From assembly GCA_032718475.1 (NCBI GenBank), contig JAUCBJ010007966.1, positions 6,938 through 70,937 of the forward strand: a stretch of DNA of 64,000 bases, in the 5' to 3' direction. The notes under the pieces were generated by a model, which searched no databases, was not told where the DNA came from, and saw nothing but the letters and a program-made list of their open reading frames with translations. Positions 39,801 to 50,056 of this stretch are shown here, piece after piece (positions within the stretch are counted from its first letter, which is position 1; each line of letters starts with the position of its first letter). This DNA comes from Nemertoderma westbladi. Its lineage: Eukaryota > Animalia > Xenacoelomorpha. The position numbers were made by a program, and so were the translations under genes.

Positions 39801-41419
39801 TCATCAACTATCACCTTATCAAGAAACCAACCAGCTGATACCCCTCTATTGTCATGCCCAATCCGTATTCGGTTGATCGCGCCTAGAGATGGACCCTCAA
39901 TCGTGAATTCGTCTTTTTTTCCCCTTTCGAAGTTATTCGAAGAGTTATTTAACCTTCTTTCACCGGAATCGCCTGTATCACCGAAAAGAGTCATAAAGAC
40001 ATTGGCATCAGTGCCAGCTCCTCTACGGTCTGCCGTCTGGACAGTCACTACATATTTATTCGCCTTTCGCACGGCTCCGAGATCAGTGCTCCCAATCAAA
40101 TCACGACAAATAAGACCGTCTCCATCACTTTTACTTAGCCACTGGCCACAAGGGAAGTAATACTTTTTGGCTGGCGCCGATTCATCAGTTATTACGATGC
40201 GATCCAAAAACCACCCCGCAGCAAAACCTGTGTTATCGTGTTCGATCCGCACCTTTTTAATGATGCCGACCTTTGAACCTCGCACCTTGAATATATCAGT
40301 ATTTCCTCTCTCAAAAACTGGTTTAATATCAGTGAGAACCATTTTTGAGGTGTTACCCCGTGCTCCATAAATTATGATAGATACATTGGCATCAGTGCCA
40401 GCCCCTCTCACATCACCGGTCACCACCACAATCTCGTAGGAAGTTTTCCCACCAACCTGACTGTGTTCGGCAGGTTTAAGGTCCCTGGATAGTTGGCAAT
40501 CCCCTTCAAACAAAGACAACCAACGATTGCACGGGAATATCCAGGTCCGCTTGGTCGCGGTATTCGTAATCTCTACATCGTCCACAAACCAGGAATGCTT
40601 GTTCTCAAGACCATCATGTTCAATCGTGATTTTCTCTATTTCCCCTAATTCTGGTCCCCTCAACTTAAACACAGAAGTTGATCCCCTCAAAAATTTAAAA
40701 TGCCTTTCTTCACCATCGGCATATTTTTTTTTCAATTGTTTTTTCGTCATTTTCCCTTTTGAGCCCTTCATTCTCAAAAACACTCTCGCATCAGTACCTG
40801 CGTTCTTGCGATCTGCAGTTTTGATGGACACTTTATATATTATTTCACCTTTTTGTAATTTCTTTTTCTTTTTAGATTCCGCCGCAGATTTCCGTCTTTC
40901 CACCCTACCATCAGGAAGAACCACCATGCGACCGCCGAGAGTTGCTTGAGGCATAATTAATCCGAATTTCCTAGCATAGTAGTCGATTAGATGGGGGTCG
41001 TTAAGAGAATCGTACTCGGGAAGAAGTTTAACTTTACCTTTAGAATCCATTTTGGGGTAGCCGACAGCAGCTGTCTCCCACGCGCCGATATTATCGAACT
41101 TGCGGGGGGCGAACGGAGCTCCTCGACTAACTTTAGTCTCGAGCGGGTGGTGGTTCAGCGCCACGGTAAACCGTCTGCGTTTACCGAAGGCCGACTTACC
41201 CCCCTCCGTCACCACACCCGGGTCTCTCCATGGCAGACGACCCATTGAGTCAGTGGGTGGCGCTGACCGATTCCTGGGAGGCACGGATTGGGCTCGCTGT
41301 CGGGCGTCAGACGTCGAAGCGTACGGCATAAACGGGTCTCTAGTGTGGACTTGGGTTGATGTATTTACAAGAGTGTTTGTCATCGAACCCGCCACTCCAA
41401 ACGAATCCTGAAACGCCAT
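33881..41419 (-). CDS. LOXHD1: Lipoxygenase homology domain-containing protein 1-like, 17 tandem PLAT/LH2 domains, single-exon CDS
   Basis: 2512-aa uninterrupted ORF. I count 17 repeats of Y.v.v.TgD...AGTdAnV...G..G...FE.g..D.F...igHDn.g...gW.l..v....F.C.rWl....dDg.i.ReL. Confidence 0.93.
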   Translation of the reverse strand: MAFQDSFGVAGSMTNTLVNTSTQVHTRDPFMPYASTSDARQRAQSVPPRNRSAPPTDSMGRLPWRDPGVVTEGGKSAFGKRRRFTVALNHHPLETKVSRGAPFAPRKFDNIGAWETAAVGYPKMDSKGKVKLLPEYDSLNDPHLIDYYARKFGLIMPQATLGGRMVVLPDGRVERRKSAAESKKKKKLQKGEIIYKVSIKTADRKNAGTDARVFLRMKGSKGKMTKKQLKKKYADGEERHFKFLRGSTSVFKLRGPELGEIEKITIEHDGLENKHSWFVDDVEITNTATKRTWIFPCNRWLSLFEGDCQLSRDLKPAEHSQVGGKTSYEIVVVTGDVRGAGTDANVSIIIYGARGNTSKMVLTDIKPVFERGNTDIFKVRGSKVGIIKKVRIEHDNTGFAAGWFLDRIVITDESAPAKKYYFPCGQWLSKSDGDGLICRDLIGSTDLGAVRKANKYVVTVQTADRRGAGTDANVFMTLFGDTGDSGERRLNNSSNNFERGKKDEFTIEGPSLGAINRIRIGHDNRGVSAGWFLDKVIVDDITVGRVYEFPCGQWFAKDEGDGRIQRDLVLGGKAGGPPMGIPYKITAITGDVMNAATSARVFVILYGDVKKKIEGKVGTVEENSGKLYLESGKFERGRTDIFNLDVVGKLSPCTRITVGHDNSGAGPGWFCDKIIVFCPSTGIEQYFIADKWFATSEGDGLIERDLFERISMRKTMRAKNIWYATIYTSDKRMAGTNANVYMCIYGDKGHTDDIGLNNRSDNFESKSVDNFKVEGDDVGRPYKVRIWHDNGGTYAGWHLDKVELQNMTDNEKYFFKCNRWLSHDEEEGSIVREMPAEGPTIKKPLQLIKYQVEVYTGNKFGAGTDAHCFVNIFGEQGDTGPRELRKSSEHLNKHEKGATDIYTIEAVNLKKINKVRVWHDGKWAGAGWFLDKIIVQEGFDAKTRIEFPCHRWLDKDEDDGQIVRELVPEGESLLLATTTYYISVKTGDVTRAGTDAHVSIKVFGEDGDTGMLHLESSENKIGNKFERGRIDTFKMEATDIGQIEKIRIGHDGSNPGSGWYLDKAEIDVPSRGELYVFSTHRWLDTSEDDGLIEIEVLPTEVKQRRARIPYEITMKTGDKLGSGTDADVFIQIYGREYKTEIFTLRNRTDNFEQNSTDKFKIEAIDVGNIHKIRVGHNDKGMSCGWFLEKVQILRTPPKRKKAKLHEQCTEDERNEKLEKLHYTFACERWFDTKEDDGEIVRELVPTGADGRPLQRNPYNEYTVKVITGDVSHSGTDADVYVCIYGDHGDTGERKLWRSDSHINRFERGHDDIFRIDAADLGLLTGIRPRNSGSGVGSAWFLDSIEVTEKNTNTTTYFPCQRWLATDEDDGQLMRHLVPVEKALIDYAKGLAPKSPYNLKNNLGLELKTQVNTYYVHVSTGNSSMAGTDANVYVIIYGEKDNSGKCFLKSTRNHKNKFEKAQTDIFVVESAGLGELKKIKVGHDNSGVGPGWFLETVVIDCPSLGTKTVFPCGRWLATDQDDAQIERELFPVESQNIQYEKQVPYEIATYTADSMGAGTDADVFVAVFGKENATQETSLAPRKGDRKDLFNRNSVDTFVLEMDDVGDTIEKFRIGHSDTSMGAGWKLNKVVVRKLKHSKQGKPSFSEVYTFPCNRWLAKDEDDRAVVRELVPGEVIERSVDKFGKISEKPIHRQLMENRKYKIHIFTGDKFGAGSDANVFLTIFGENGDSGERKLVKSEKHMNKFERNQEDIFTQEAVDLGKLYKIKIRHDNSSLSPSWYLDRVVIVDGDNESYIFHCERWLAKNKDDGRIERSLYIKGHEGDTSSIGRSTIGSIRSLKSARDLMSRDSPRIKAPVFEGPTIPYTIKISTGDIHDADTNANAFVNIFGTEERKTGKLPLELQGKKPKFARGSIETFSIEAPDVGEIKSIEIGHDGVMTSQGWYIVEIEIDMPTAGKNYVFPCKRWFSVNQEDGLIARTLSVTDAQLKAYKALVAYEMTVRTGDVDNAGTDCNITVQIFGVNGSTQPITLEKGEDRFERSKVDIIKLELEDIAPLRKMRVIMDTKGSRLEWFLESISLRSTDTGEMTMFHCSEWFSKKGKSLMKELPASVRGKQIVGKTSYKISVKTSDLMGAGTDANVSMILFGENGESNVLELKDSLTHRNKFERNNTDEFSFKDILSLGELMKVRVWHDNHGLGASWHLNSMEVMDEGLNKPYKFHCDKWLSKTHEDKQITRELTCEGRALGTEQAVVVYEIMVQTGDKKDASTSHNAFIILDGELRKSKEFLLENSSIKKVLKRGQADEFKFQCENVGRIQGIYLGHLEREDGPAVKQPTGREGMWHCYDVVVGNNATGEKSTILVNSWLPLTRSRKEARYYDVTKVQEGRTQAVRSLAAVKYRIVVYTGTESGAGTDAKVYITLYGIYGDSGKHRLNKRTKNLFESGDVDDFVLEFVDLGDLQKVRIEHDNSGLGSAWFLDKVEVTNLSTNHTWKFPCSKWFDKKKGDKQICRDLLPIA

Positions 41420-41570
41420 AGGAGATTGTAAGGCAGATTTTACTCAGGTCATCAACATGTTTCAATAAATCAAGTAGTAAATTTCTTATAAATATCATAA
41501 ATATTCAATGTAAATGTGAAGTATAAACTGTCCAGTTAGAAATTTAACTAAGTAATAAAACACAGAGGCA

Positions 41571-41713
41571 GTAAACAATTCATTCAACTATTTCTTACTA
41601 AGGAAACCCTCGCGGAATTTCGTTTACACTTGTTGCCAGGCAAACGGGATGGGATGAGGAATGGAAATGGTATGGCGAGGGGGGAATGTAAACAACTCTG
41701 GTTGCCAAGGAAC
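41571..41713 (-). promoter_or_regulatory. Putative ciliary-type promoter: RFX X-box-like and forkhead motifs upstream of LOXHD1
   Basis: GTTGCCAGGCAAAC (41632-41645), GTTGCCAAGGAAC (41701-41713), weaker CTTACTAAGGAAAC (about 41594-41607). GTAAACA at 41571 and 41688. All lie 150-300 bp from the ATG. Confidence 0.55.
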
Positions 41714-42090
41714 CATATTTGGCAAGAAAGGAATTCCACGGTATTCGCCGTGCTTACTGCTAATTCAGTTGTAAGGCGTCGGTGGTTGGATAATGAAATG
41801 CATTTAAGTTAACATTTAATTTCGTATGGAAAAATAATAATTTTAAACATTCATACATTTTATAAGTTACAATAGAATGAACGTTTTAACACAAACGTTC
41901 TGATATTATAAACGGAAAAATGTTGAAAAGGTTCTCAATTTGAAAATGTATAATTTTCCAAAGGACTATCTGCCTCAAATGAGCAGCAATGTATGTTAGG
42001 AAAAATATGAGAAAATATTTATTGTAACCCATATAAGAAGCAAATAATGTTAGTTGGAGACACGAATCCGGGAAAGTTCATCGAATACGA

Positions 42091-43339
42091 TACGATACGA
42101 TGATCAGCATGCTGCATTGCAGCTCCATTATATACATTACATATATATTAAGAATGCTGTGCCGGCTTGTCGACAAAATTGCGACGCCACAACTCCCTAT
42201 CACCCATGACATTTGCTAGATCATCCGCATCTTCAAGGCCAGTGTCCTTTAAGATGCGTCTCAAGAAAGTCATTGGCTGTCCACCAGGCTTATTCACTCC
42301 ATGAGGCCGCCAAAGCCAAGATTATGCACTGGCTCGTCTTCACGCCGAAAGCAATGTCCTGCAAAGCGGAGGCGATTTTGTTCTAGTGTCAAGCTTGGGG
42401 GAGCCAATAAGACATCTCCAATGTTATATAGTGTCTGGTTGGAGATGTGTGCATTGTACTTGACACAGTGAACCCGGCGTAGCATTCTTGTGAATGTGCC
42501 ATCCAGAGATTTGGTGTCCTCAGCAGTTAGAGCCCAGCATGGACTCCCATAGAGGAGTACTGGAACTACTGCGGCTCTAAATAATCGGACCTTAAGTTTC
42601 CGATGAATTCTCGGTGACTTCCAAATCCTGGAAAGCCCATTCAAGGCTTCCCATGCCTTTCCCTTACGTATTCGAAGGTCCTCACCTGACTTCCAGATCC
42701 ATGATCCCCAGTTAACAGAAGTCGTCCACATGCTCAACCATACCATCCTTTGAGCTTATGCTCATCCGGTCATAGACTTGCTGAGAACTTTCAAAGTTAA
42801 CTGTCAAAAGTTTGGTCTTTCTGGAGTTAATAAAAAGACCACCACTAGAAGCAGACTGTTCTAATGAGCTGAAGAGCCGTTGGGTTCCCTCTAGTGATTT
42901 TGAGAGTACCCCTAAGTCATCAGCAAAGTCTAGATCAGTTAGGTACTTGGCAGGATTTCCTCGACTTCTGGAGCCAGTAGGTGGAGTTACCACCACCCCA
43001 TCATCATTATGATGATCTAAGGACATGCGTAGAACATAGTCAACCACAATTATGAACAAGAATGGCGCAAGTGTGTCTCCCTGGAGGACGCCCCATAACA
43101 CTTCAAATGGTTCTGTGTCACCGTCAACGGTAGACACAAATGTTGTCGAACCATCGTATACTGATCTGATTGCTGCAATAATTTCATCAGGAATCCCATA
43201 TAATGAAAGTATGCTGAACATAGTAAGCGATAGACTGAATCAAAGGCCTTGAAGAAGTCAACAAAGTCAACAAATTTTGATAACTCTTCAATTATCCTTC
43301 TAAGTGCCAAAATGGGCTCCATGGTCATCCTAATATGGC
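42091..43339 (-). mobile_element. 5'-truncated, frameshifted RTE LINE copy with a 10-bp TSD
   Basis: RT motifs VDF.KAFDSV, GVLQGDTLAPFLF and DLDFADD spread over three frames; (TACGA)n tail. TSD TCGAATACGA at 42081-42090 and 43340-43349. Confidence 0.92.
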
Positions 43340-43613
43340 TCGAATACGAAGACTGCTTGAAAAATTACCAGTTGTCATGAAACATATGATAATAATTATT
43401 ATTACTCTAAAATTCCATGCAAATGTAGGAATGCAAAAATCGTAAATATAATTAATTAAAAAATATAAAACTCTTAGAAAAAATAGATGTTCTACCACAA
43501 TCTCTACCTAGTATACTGAATAGATATAAATGAAATTGAAACATGAAATCGATGGAGAGCACTTCAGCAATTACAGCTGTAAATATATAACAAAATGTTT
43601 GTAATGAAACATC

Positions 43614-46600
43614 CTACTTAGCACGCAAGGAATGGGAGGCGGTGATTTTACTATTCCCCAAATAGTTCATTTGCCAAGCTTTTTGTTGTTTCGTATTTTG
43701 TTGCATCAGCCAAAGATTTGTCTTCTTTCTCTCCTTCAGAAATGTGCTAATCTCTCGTTCCATTTTGTAATTTTCTCTCGCCTAAAACGAAGTAATAATA
43801 TTTCATCTGAAAATTAATAGATTTCTGAGATTCTTGAGGTAGTTTCTTAAACACCAATCTAAAAGTAGTAAAAACTTAAATCAAAATCCTCCAAACAGCT
43901 CCATACTCACTAACCTGAAATTTTTTGCATTGAAGTTTATACTTTTCATTACTATCCGGCGATTTTGTGCGAAACACTAAATGACCTTTCCTAATCTCAG
44001 AACCTGCCCCATTCTCTCCACCGCTATTACCCATAACATCAACAAAATCCTGAGTCTTCAACGACGACTTATTGATTTCTCTTTCAGCTGCTTTGAAGCT
44101 CCTTTCTTGGTTCCTCAATGCGTGGGCGAGTGAACCTAAAGAAAACACACTTAATAACCCAACGATAATTTATTTTTGTAGAATTCGGAGGGTGATAGTT
44201 GATTTGAGACCGAAAAGGTAAACCTACGCTATATAATACTGTAAAGCGACCTAAGGTGTTATCATTTTGGTATAATTTACTATTGTTTAAAGAAACTCGA
44301 ATAATCCCTTCAAGCAATATTAAATTAACTTCTAGACCAGTTTGTGTTGCCCAACACGAATATGAACTCCACAGTTGTTATAAGTATATTATATTATATA
44401 CCATAGTTATAAGAAAGTTATAAGAGGTTTTAAATAAAGACGGCACCCTGCCGCGTCCTGGGGGTCAGGATAATAGCTCTTTTAGTTTTCAAGTTATAAC
44501 AATTTCCATTTAGGGATCCCTATTGAAATTACTATTACTATGTATAATAAAAGGTCGTTTATCTCCAAATATATTTTTTATGAAATTGTCAACTTCAAAA
44601 CCCTACTACTTATACAATTTTTGAGTAATTAGTCTGACACTTTCTGTGGGTGTCTAGATAGCCACCTTGCATAAAAGTATCAGACAACTTTTTGAAATTT
44701 ATTGTTAATAAAATTTAATACTATTTATAACAAACCTAAAAAATTTTCATAAATTTGCAGCGCCACCTAGCGGTGCAGAATTATTTACACAAAATTTCGC
44801 CTGATAGTTATGTTGCCCCATCTTTGATCTATCATATAAAAAAACTTTCATGTGAATAGGTTCAAAACTTTAAAAGCCTTAGGGTTTTAAGCGCAACCAA
44901 GTTTTTTTATTGTTAACTAGTATTAACTAATATTAAATAGCGAACAATACAATTTTTCAAACCTCTCATGTAGAATAGCATCTTAGGTACTTATATTCCA
45001 AATTATAGCCAAAACCAAAAAAATTTGAAACGCTGAGAGTGATAAATCGAAGAGTTGTCCGAAAATGGTCTACCCCTTAATGAAAATGGTCCTGAATTAT
45101 TCAGAATGAAAAAGGCGGCAGTGTGCCGCCTTTTTAAGCGATGGTACGCAAAGTGACGTCATTTGGTGTTATTTGTTAATTTGGATTGGAATGATTTGGA
45201 GTCAATAATATTTAATTGAAGCCGAGGTGTCCTTTAAGAATATAAGTGTTTCATCACTATTTTTTTCAATACGGCCTTTGTACCCTCAATCAATCTCTAT
45301 GGGACCAGTATACCAATGACACACCTGTACTCCAGGCATCCGTTTCCGTGACTTCCACCGGATACGACGGGTACCGTTTCAGTATGTCGTCCGCCATTAC
45401 CAGCAGTTTCATGTTTTCCACCTCGTCGGAAGTAAACCCCGCCATCTTCGGGTCGTTCTCCATCCCCACGTGGTGTCCCTGCCGTGGCGGTTTTGGCCTC
45501 GGCGCCAGGTAATTGTTCCGCCGTTCCCATGTACTCATCTTTCTTTGGGGATTAATTTTCTTGTCGTCGGAGTTCTGGGACATTCTGTTTTCGTTGTCGT
45601 TATCGTTATCGGCGGATGCAATCTCGGGAACCGGAATGAATGCGGCAACGCCTTTCCTGCGGGTCTTACCTTTGAGGTTTAGCCTGTCTGGAACGTTGGA
45701 ACTACTTTCTGAGGATTCCTCCGCAATATTTGTTATTTCGACGGCCGCTGGGTCGTTAACAGTTTTAAATTTTTTAACTCTCGATTGTTTAACAATTGGA
45801 GGAGTTTCGAATTGGTTGAATCCGGAGCGGATGACGGAGATGCGTTTCATCCTCTGCGTTTCGTCCCGGACGAGGTCCTTGGAACCGCGTCTCTCGATCG
45901 TGATCACAGAAGTAAGCCGTCGCTTGCCCAACTGCTTGCGTGTCGGTGCGGTTGGCTTGGCAGGAATTGTTGCGTTGACAGATTCAGTAGCATCGCTATC
46001 CTTTTCCTCTCTATCAATATCTAAGTTATCGATATATTCATTAATATCGGTTGCGGGAAGAGGCGGTACTTTTTTTTGAATTGGTATTTTCTTCCTGCAA
46101 AATATATAATAATTATTTAATTAAAATCTTATAATGTAACATTTTATAAGATTACAATGCAATTCGATCACCAGAGTTTAGTAGGTTATACTGCTTTGGG
46201 TTTTAAATAAATATATACTATGGCATGGTAAGGAATATATGAATGAATTACATTACTTTTTATTAATAAATATATGAGCATTAAATAGCATTAACATATA
46301 TCCACTCTTTATTAACCTCGATCGGGCTCGGAAATAAAATAACTCGAGAACAGTGAAAAACTTCTACTTTTTCCCCTGTGAAACACAATTATTGAACTTA
46401 AATTGATACTTTTTAAACAGGAAATAACAGAAATTCAGGATTTTCAAAATTCATTCAAAAAACAAAAAAACTTTTTCCCAAAAGGAAAAACGTAACCATA
46501 GGATTACATTCCCCGGCGAGGGAAAGCAAAATTTATAAGTATTGGGTACAATAGTACAATAGTATTGAGTACAGTAACCTGGGATTCCATTTGGGAACAT

Positions 46601-46844
46601 CGATTGTGTACCCAGTGAACTGGGAAGCCTTGTACTCCTTAGCCGGCACCATCCATGGCGGGTTCTCAGAGAACATCCATCGGGCGGTGTTACGTTGAGG
46701 GCTTGGGGAGCCAGTCGGTCCCGTTTCGTCCTCATCCTTGGTCGTTTCTTTTGGTTTATTGGACGTTTCGTACCGTTTGCTATGGGTTTCTTTACCGGTA
46801 AATCCCTTTAATTGTTTCTTATTCACTGGCGCCTCATTCTGCAT
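43614..46844 (-). CDS. Four-exon gene of unknown function, about 474 aa (exons 46844-46579, 46094-45325, 44135-43915, 43781-43614)
   Basis: GT-AG junctions with matching phases: CCCAG|GTTACT..TTGCAG|G (phase 2), ACAG|GTGTGT..CTTTAG|GT (phase 1), TTTCAG|GTTAGT..TTTTAG|GCG (phase 0). Joined ORF is 1425 nt and ends AK*. Start codon uncertain. Confidence 0.65.
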
Positions 46845-47037
46845 TATTGGATGGTAATTATTTATTTATTTATTAGTAAAAATCGGTTTTGCCGACGGTT
46901 TAAAAAGAGGTGCACATTCCCATTCATTTATGGGCTATTGAATTAAAACGCATGTATAACTGTAAATTAGAAGTAAAATTGCACAATAATAGGAGTACAT
47001 TATAGTCCGAAAAACTCGAGTAAACGCCCATGTTTTG

Positions 47038-50017
47038 TTATAAACTCTGTTTGAGGCTATAGCAGTCTTTTATGAACGTAGCCTGCTCTTTAGTTTTGCA
47101 ACTCGGATGTAGAGGTCGTAGGCGTTCTGTTAGATGTCCTCTATGGTAGCGGTAGTTCAGTAGAGACGATACTGACGGGAGTCCATGATCCAACGCTGCA
47201 TATTTAATGCTGCTGCTGAGTCCCATGAACTTGGAAGTTGATCGCAGGTTTGATAGAAGGTTCACCCGAAGACTAAGTTGCAGACAAAAATTAGGGCAAT
47301 TAGTAGCTCTGAGTATGGTTCCAAGACAAGCCTTGACAGATTGCGTTGTGATCTGTGGTGTGTCAAAGAGAGTGTATAAACATTCGTTAGATACATAGTT
47401 GCCGACAAAGAGTAGGCCACGGAGTAGCTTTCTATAGTGGGCGTCAAGTCGCCCTTGGTCGTCGATGGACATTGCGCTTATGCTAAATCCTTGGGAGTGT
47501 AAGTAAGAGGGAATTGCTATTGATTTCCAGAAGTGTGAAATTACTTCTATAGGGTAGTGTTTCGCAGTCCAACCATTTCTAATAAATCTTTCTGATAGTA
47601 TGGTGAGAGTACGTATACAATCAGCTAGGGGCATGCATTGCGATCTCAGAGTCACCCCCAGAAAGCTGATAAGTTCGGAGTCAGGCAAAAGTTTTCCACC
47701 AATATTTAGTGCAGCTGGAGTGTGATCGGTGTTCCTTGATTTGAAGACTGTCCCTTTTACTTTTGGTGGGGTCGGTTTGTAGCTTTAATTTATCCAATTC
47801 ATTGCAAATTATATGAACCATTCTTTCCAATGACAGCCCAGAATTCGCTAAACACGAGGATATCGTCAGCATAGTTAATGACCCATAATGCTGCCCTGTT
47901 GCTATTTGAGACTGTTGTGCATAATGCTTCATAGATAGACTCCGTGAAGAAGTTAAAAAGACAGGGCGAAATTAAGGATCCTTGTTTCACTCCTATTCTA
48001 ACCTTGAAGCCACTGATGTCTACGCTGCCATCAATGGATATAAACATTAGCCCCAGTCTATAGTAACTGAATAGCACTCTGCATATGTATGGGTTTAAAA
48101 CCTCCAGGAGTCGACTAAATAAAAGACAGTGGTCCACTGAGTCGAAGGCAGCGGCTATGTCAACCTGGCAGGCAAAGGTGGGTATGGTAGATTGGCGGTT
48201 ATGTTCAAGCTGTTCAAGAATTCCAGCAATTATTAAATCTATTCCGATTCCCTTTTGGTACGCTAGCTGCGCCGGATGATGTTTAGTAATGGTGGATAGG
48301 TAGTGTTTAAGTATTATCGCTTCGAACACCTTCGCGAATATGGATATACTAGAGATTGGCCTATATGAGGTTGGGTCAGTCTGCTCTTTTCCTTTTCCCT
48401 TATAGATGCATGTAAGAATAGTTTCGCCAAACAGGTCAGGGACCACTCCAATTCTAAATGATGCGTTTATTACCATTGCGAATGATTTGCAGATGTCACT
48501 CTCCTTACTGTGTATCAGGTGCTCTACTGTTAGCATCCTGTTATCGGGAGACTTGCGTTTGGAAAGAGATAATATCAAATTGCGGATTGCCAATTCCGAT
48601 ACAGTGGGTATGTCAGCAGATCCTGTATTACAACGATCAGCAATATCATTATCAAGTTTAGTAACGTCATCGCTACAGCTTTCCCTCCCAAACCGATATT
48701 TAAAGAAGTCTGTTAATTTTGACCTCATTTCTGGATCGCAAGGTTGTTTAGCCTTGTGTTTTGAATTGAAATGAGACCAGAAAGCTCTGGGATTACCCCT
48801 CATCTTGTTCGCCACATAGGTTATATTATCAGCTATCTGTGATTTGAGGAGCCAGTTTCTCAACCGCATTATTGATCGTTTGGAGTTCTTGAAGTGAGTT
48901 TTGTATTCATCGTTGCCTTGCTTGCCTCTTTCTAACCATACTCGGTAAAGTTCCTTGGACGTTTTTAGTCTCTCTGACAGAAGTTTGTTTCTCACACGTA
49001 GGTTCCTTGTTTTCCTCCGCAGTTTGTTGATTGGTATATTATTGACAGCAGAGTTTGTAATTATTTCTTGAAATTTGTTAGTAAAGGTATTTAAATCGTT
49101 AGCTGTCCACTCTGTGTTGTCTGGTTTCGTCTGTAGCAGCAAATTTTTGAGTTCACGGTTGACTTCATTTTTGTAGTTGTTTAATTGATTCTCGGTGCTC
49201 CTGGACCAGTTGAATCGAATTGTCCGGCGAGTTTTGGACTTTGGGAGATGTGTTGAGGATGTATTCCAGGAGGTGGAGTCAAAAGCTATGGAGCATGTGA
49301 CTGGGACATGGTCTGAATGATTGAGGGTTTCATTAATTGTGAATATGTGACCATCGGTTATTGTTGATAGAGCCGACTGAGGAGTGAGGATGTGGTCGAT
49401 GTAGCTTTGGCCCTGGCCATAGAAGGTATTGCAGGGCCCAGAGAACGAACCAAATGTGTCTATAGCCGTGATGTTGTAGTCTTCAAGGAAGCGTATGAGA
49501 TCTCTCCCTTGCATAGAAGGTTCAAGTCGACTAAATCTATCCCCCTGTTTGCTGCCTACATCTCCATTTGCATCCGTCAAAATGATAGGCATATGTGGTC
49601 ATCATTATCACTAATCATGGATGCAAGCCGCCCAAGAAAATCGTTATAGGTTGATATCCCCTTACTGGAATCAGTTGCGTATGCCGATATCAATAAAACT
49701 TTTGAACTATTTATGGTAGTTTTGATGCCAATGATGTCTCCCTTCGATTGAACCCTTGAATAAGAAGAGAAGAGGGTTTTTCTGAATAGCAAAGCTACCC
49801 CTCCTCTAGTTTGTGAGTTGCTTGTGTAGGTGGTAGTGTGTCCTGGTAGGTATTCACAATGAAAATCGTTAGAGTGGAAGTCCTCTAGAATTCGTTTACA
49901 GAACACTATGTCAAGCCAATGTTCTTGGACTGCAAGGACGTCAGTATCATTTAATAGCTTATAAGTATATTCGTAGTTGCCTGTAAGACCACATGCATTG
50001 AAGGTCATTATACGCAC
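47038..50017 (-). pseudogene. LINE ORF2 (AP endonuclease + reverse transcriptase) broken by frameshifts
   Basis: TFNACGL, AVQEHW, SYIDHI and SDHVPV (APE); YRPIS, DIAAAFDSV, GVKQGSLISP and NYADD (RT). Frame breaks near 49585, 47850 and 47700. Confidence 0.88.
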
Positions 50018-50056
50018 TGATGTAATGAGAGGGGGTTTAGTGCTTTGGGGCTTCTG

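Noticed and set aside
33856-41411. Many short plus-strand ORFs
   Set aside because: Antisense shadows of the LOXHD1 CDS.
45109-45135. Rho-independent terminator
   Set aside because: The hairpin plus T-run fits in shape, but it lies in a eukaryotic intron.
45290-45324. Stop at 45290 as the end of the unknown gene
   Set aside because: A donor at 45325/45324 joins in phase to the 44135 exon, so read-through into the intron is the less likely model.
46856-46875. (AAAT)n as the 3' tail of the large LINE
   Set aside because: No matching TSD found, and the intervening sequence looks equally like host intron/5' UTR.
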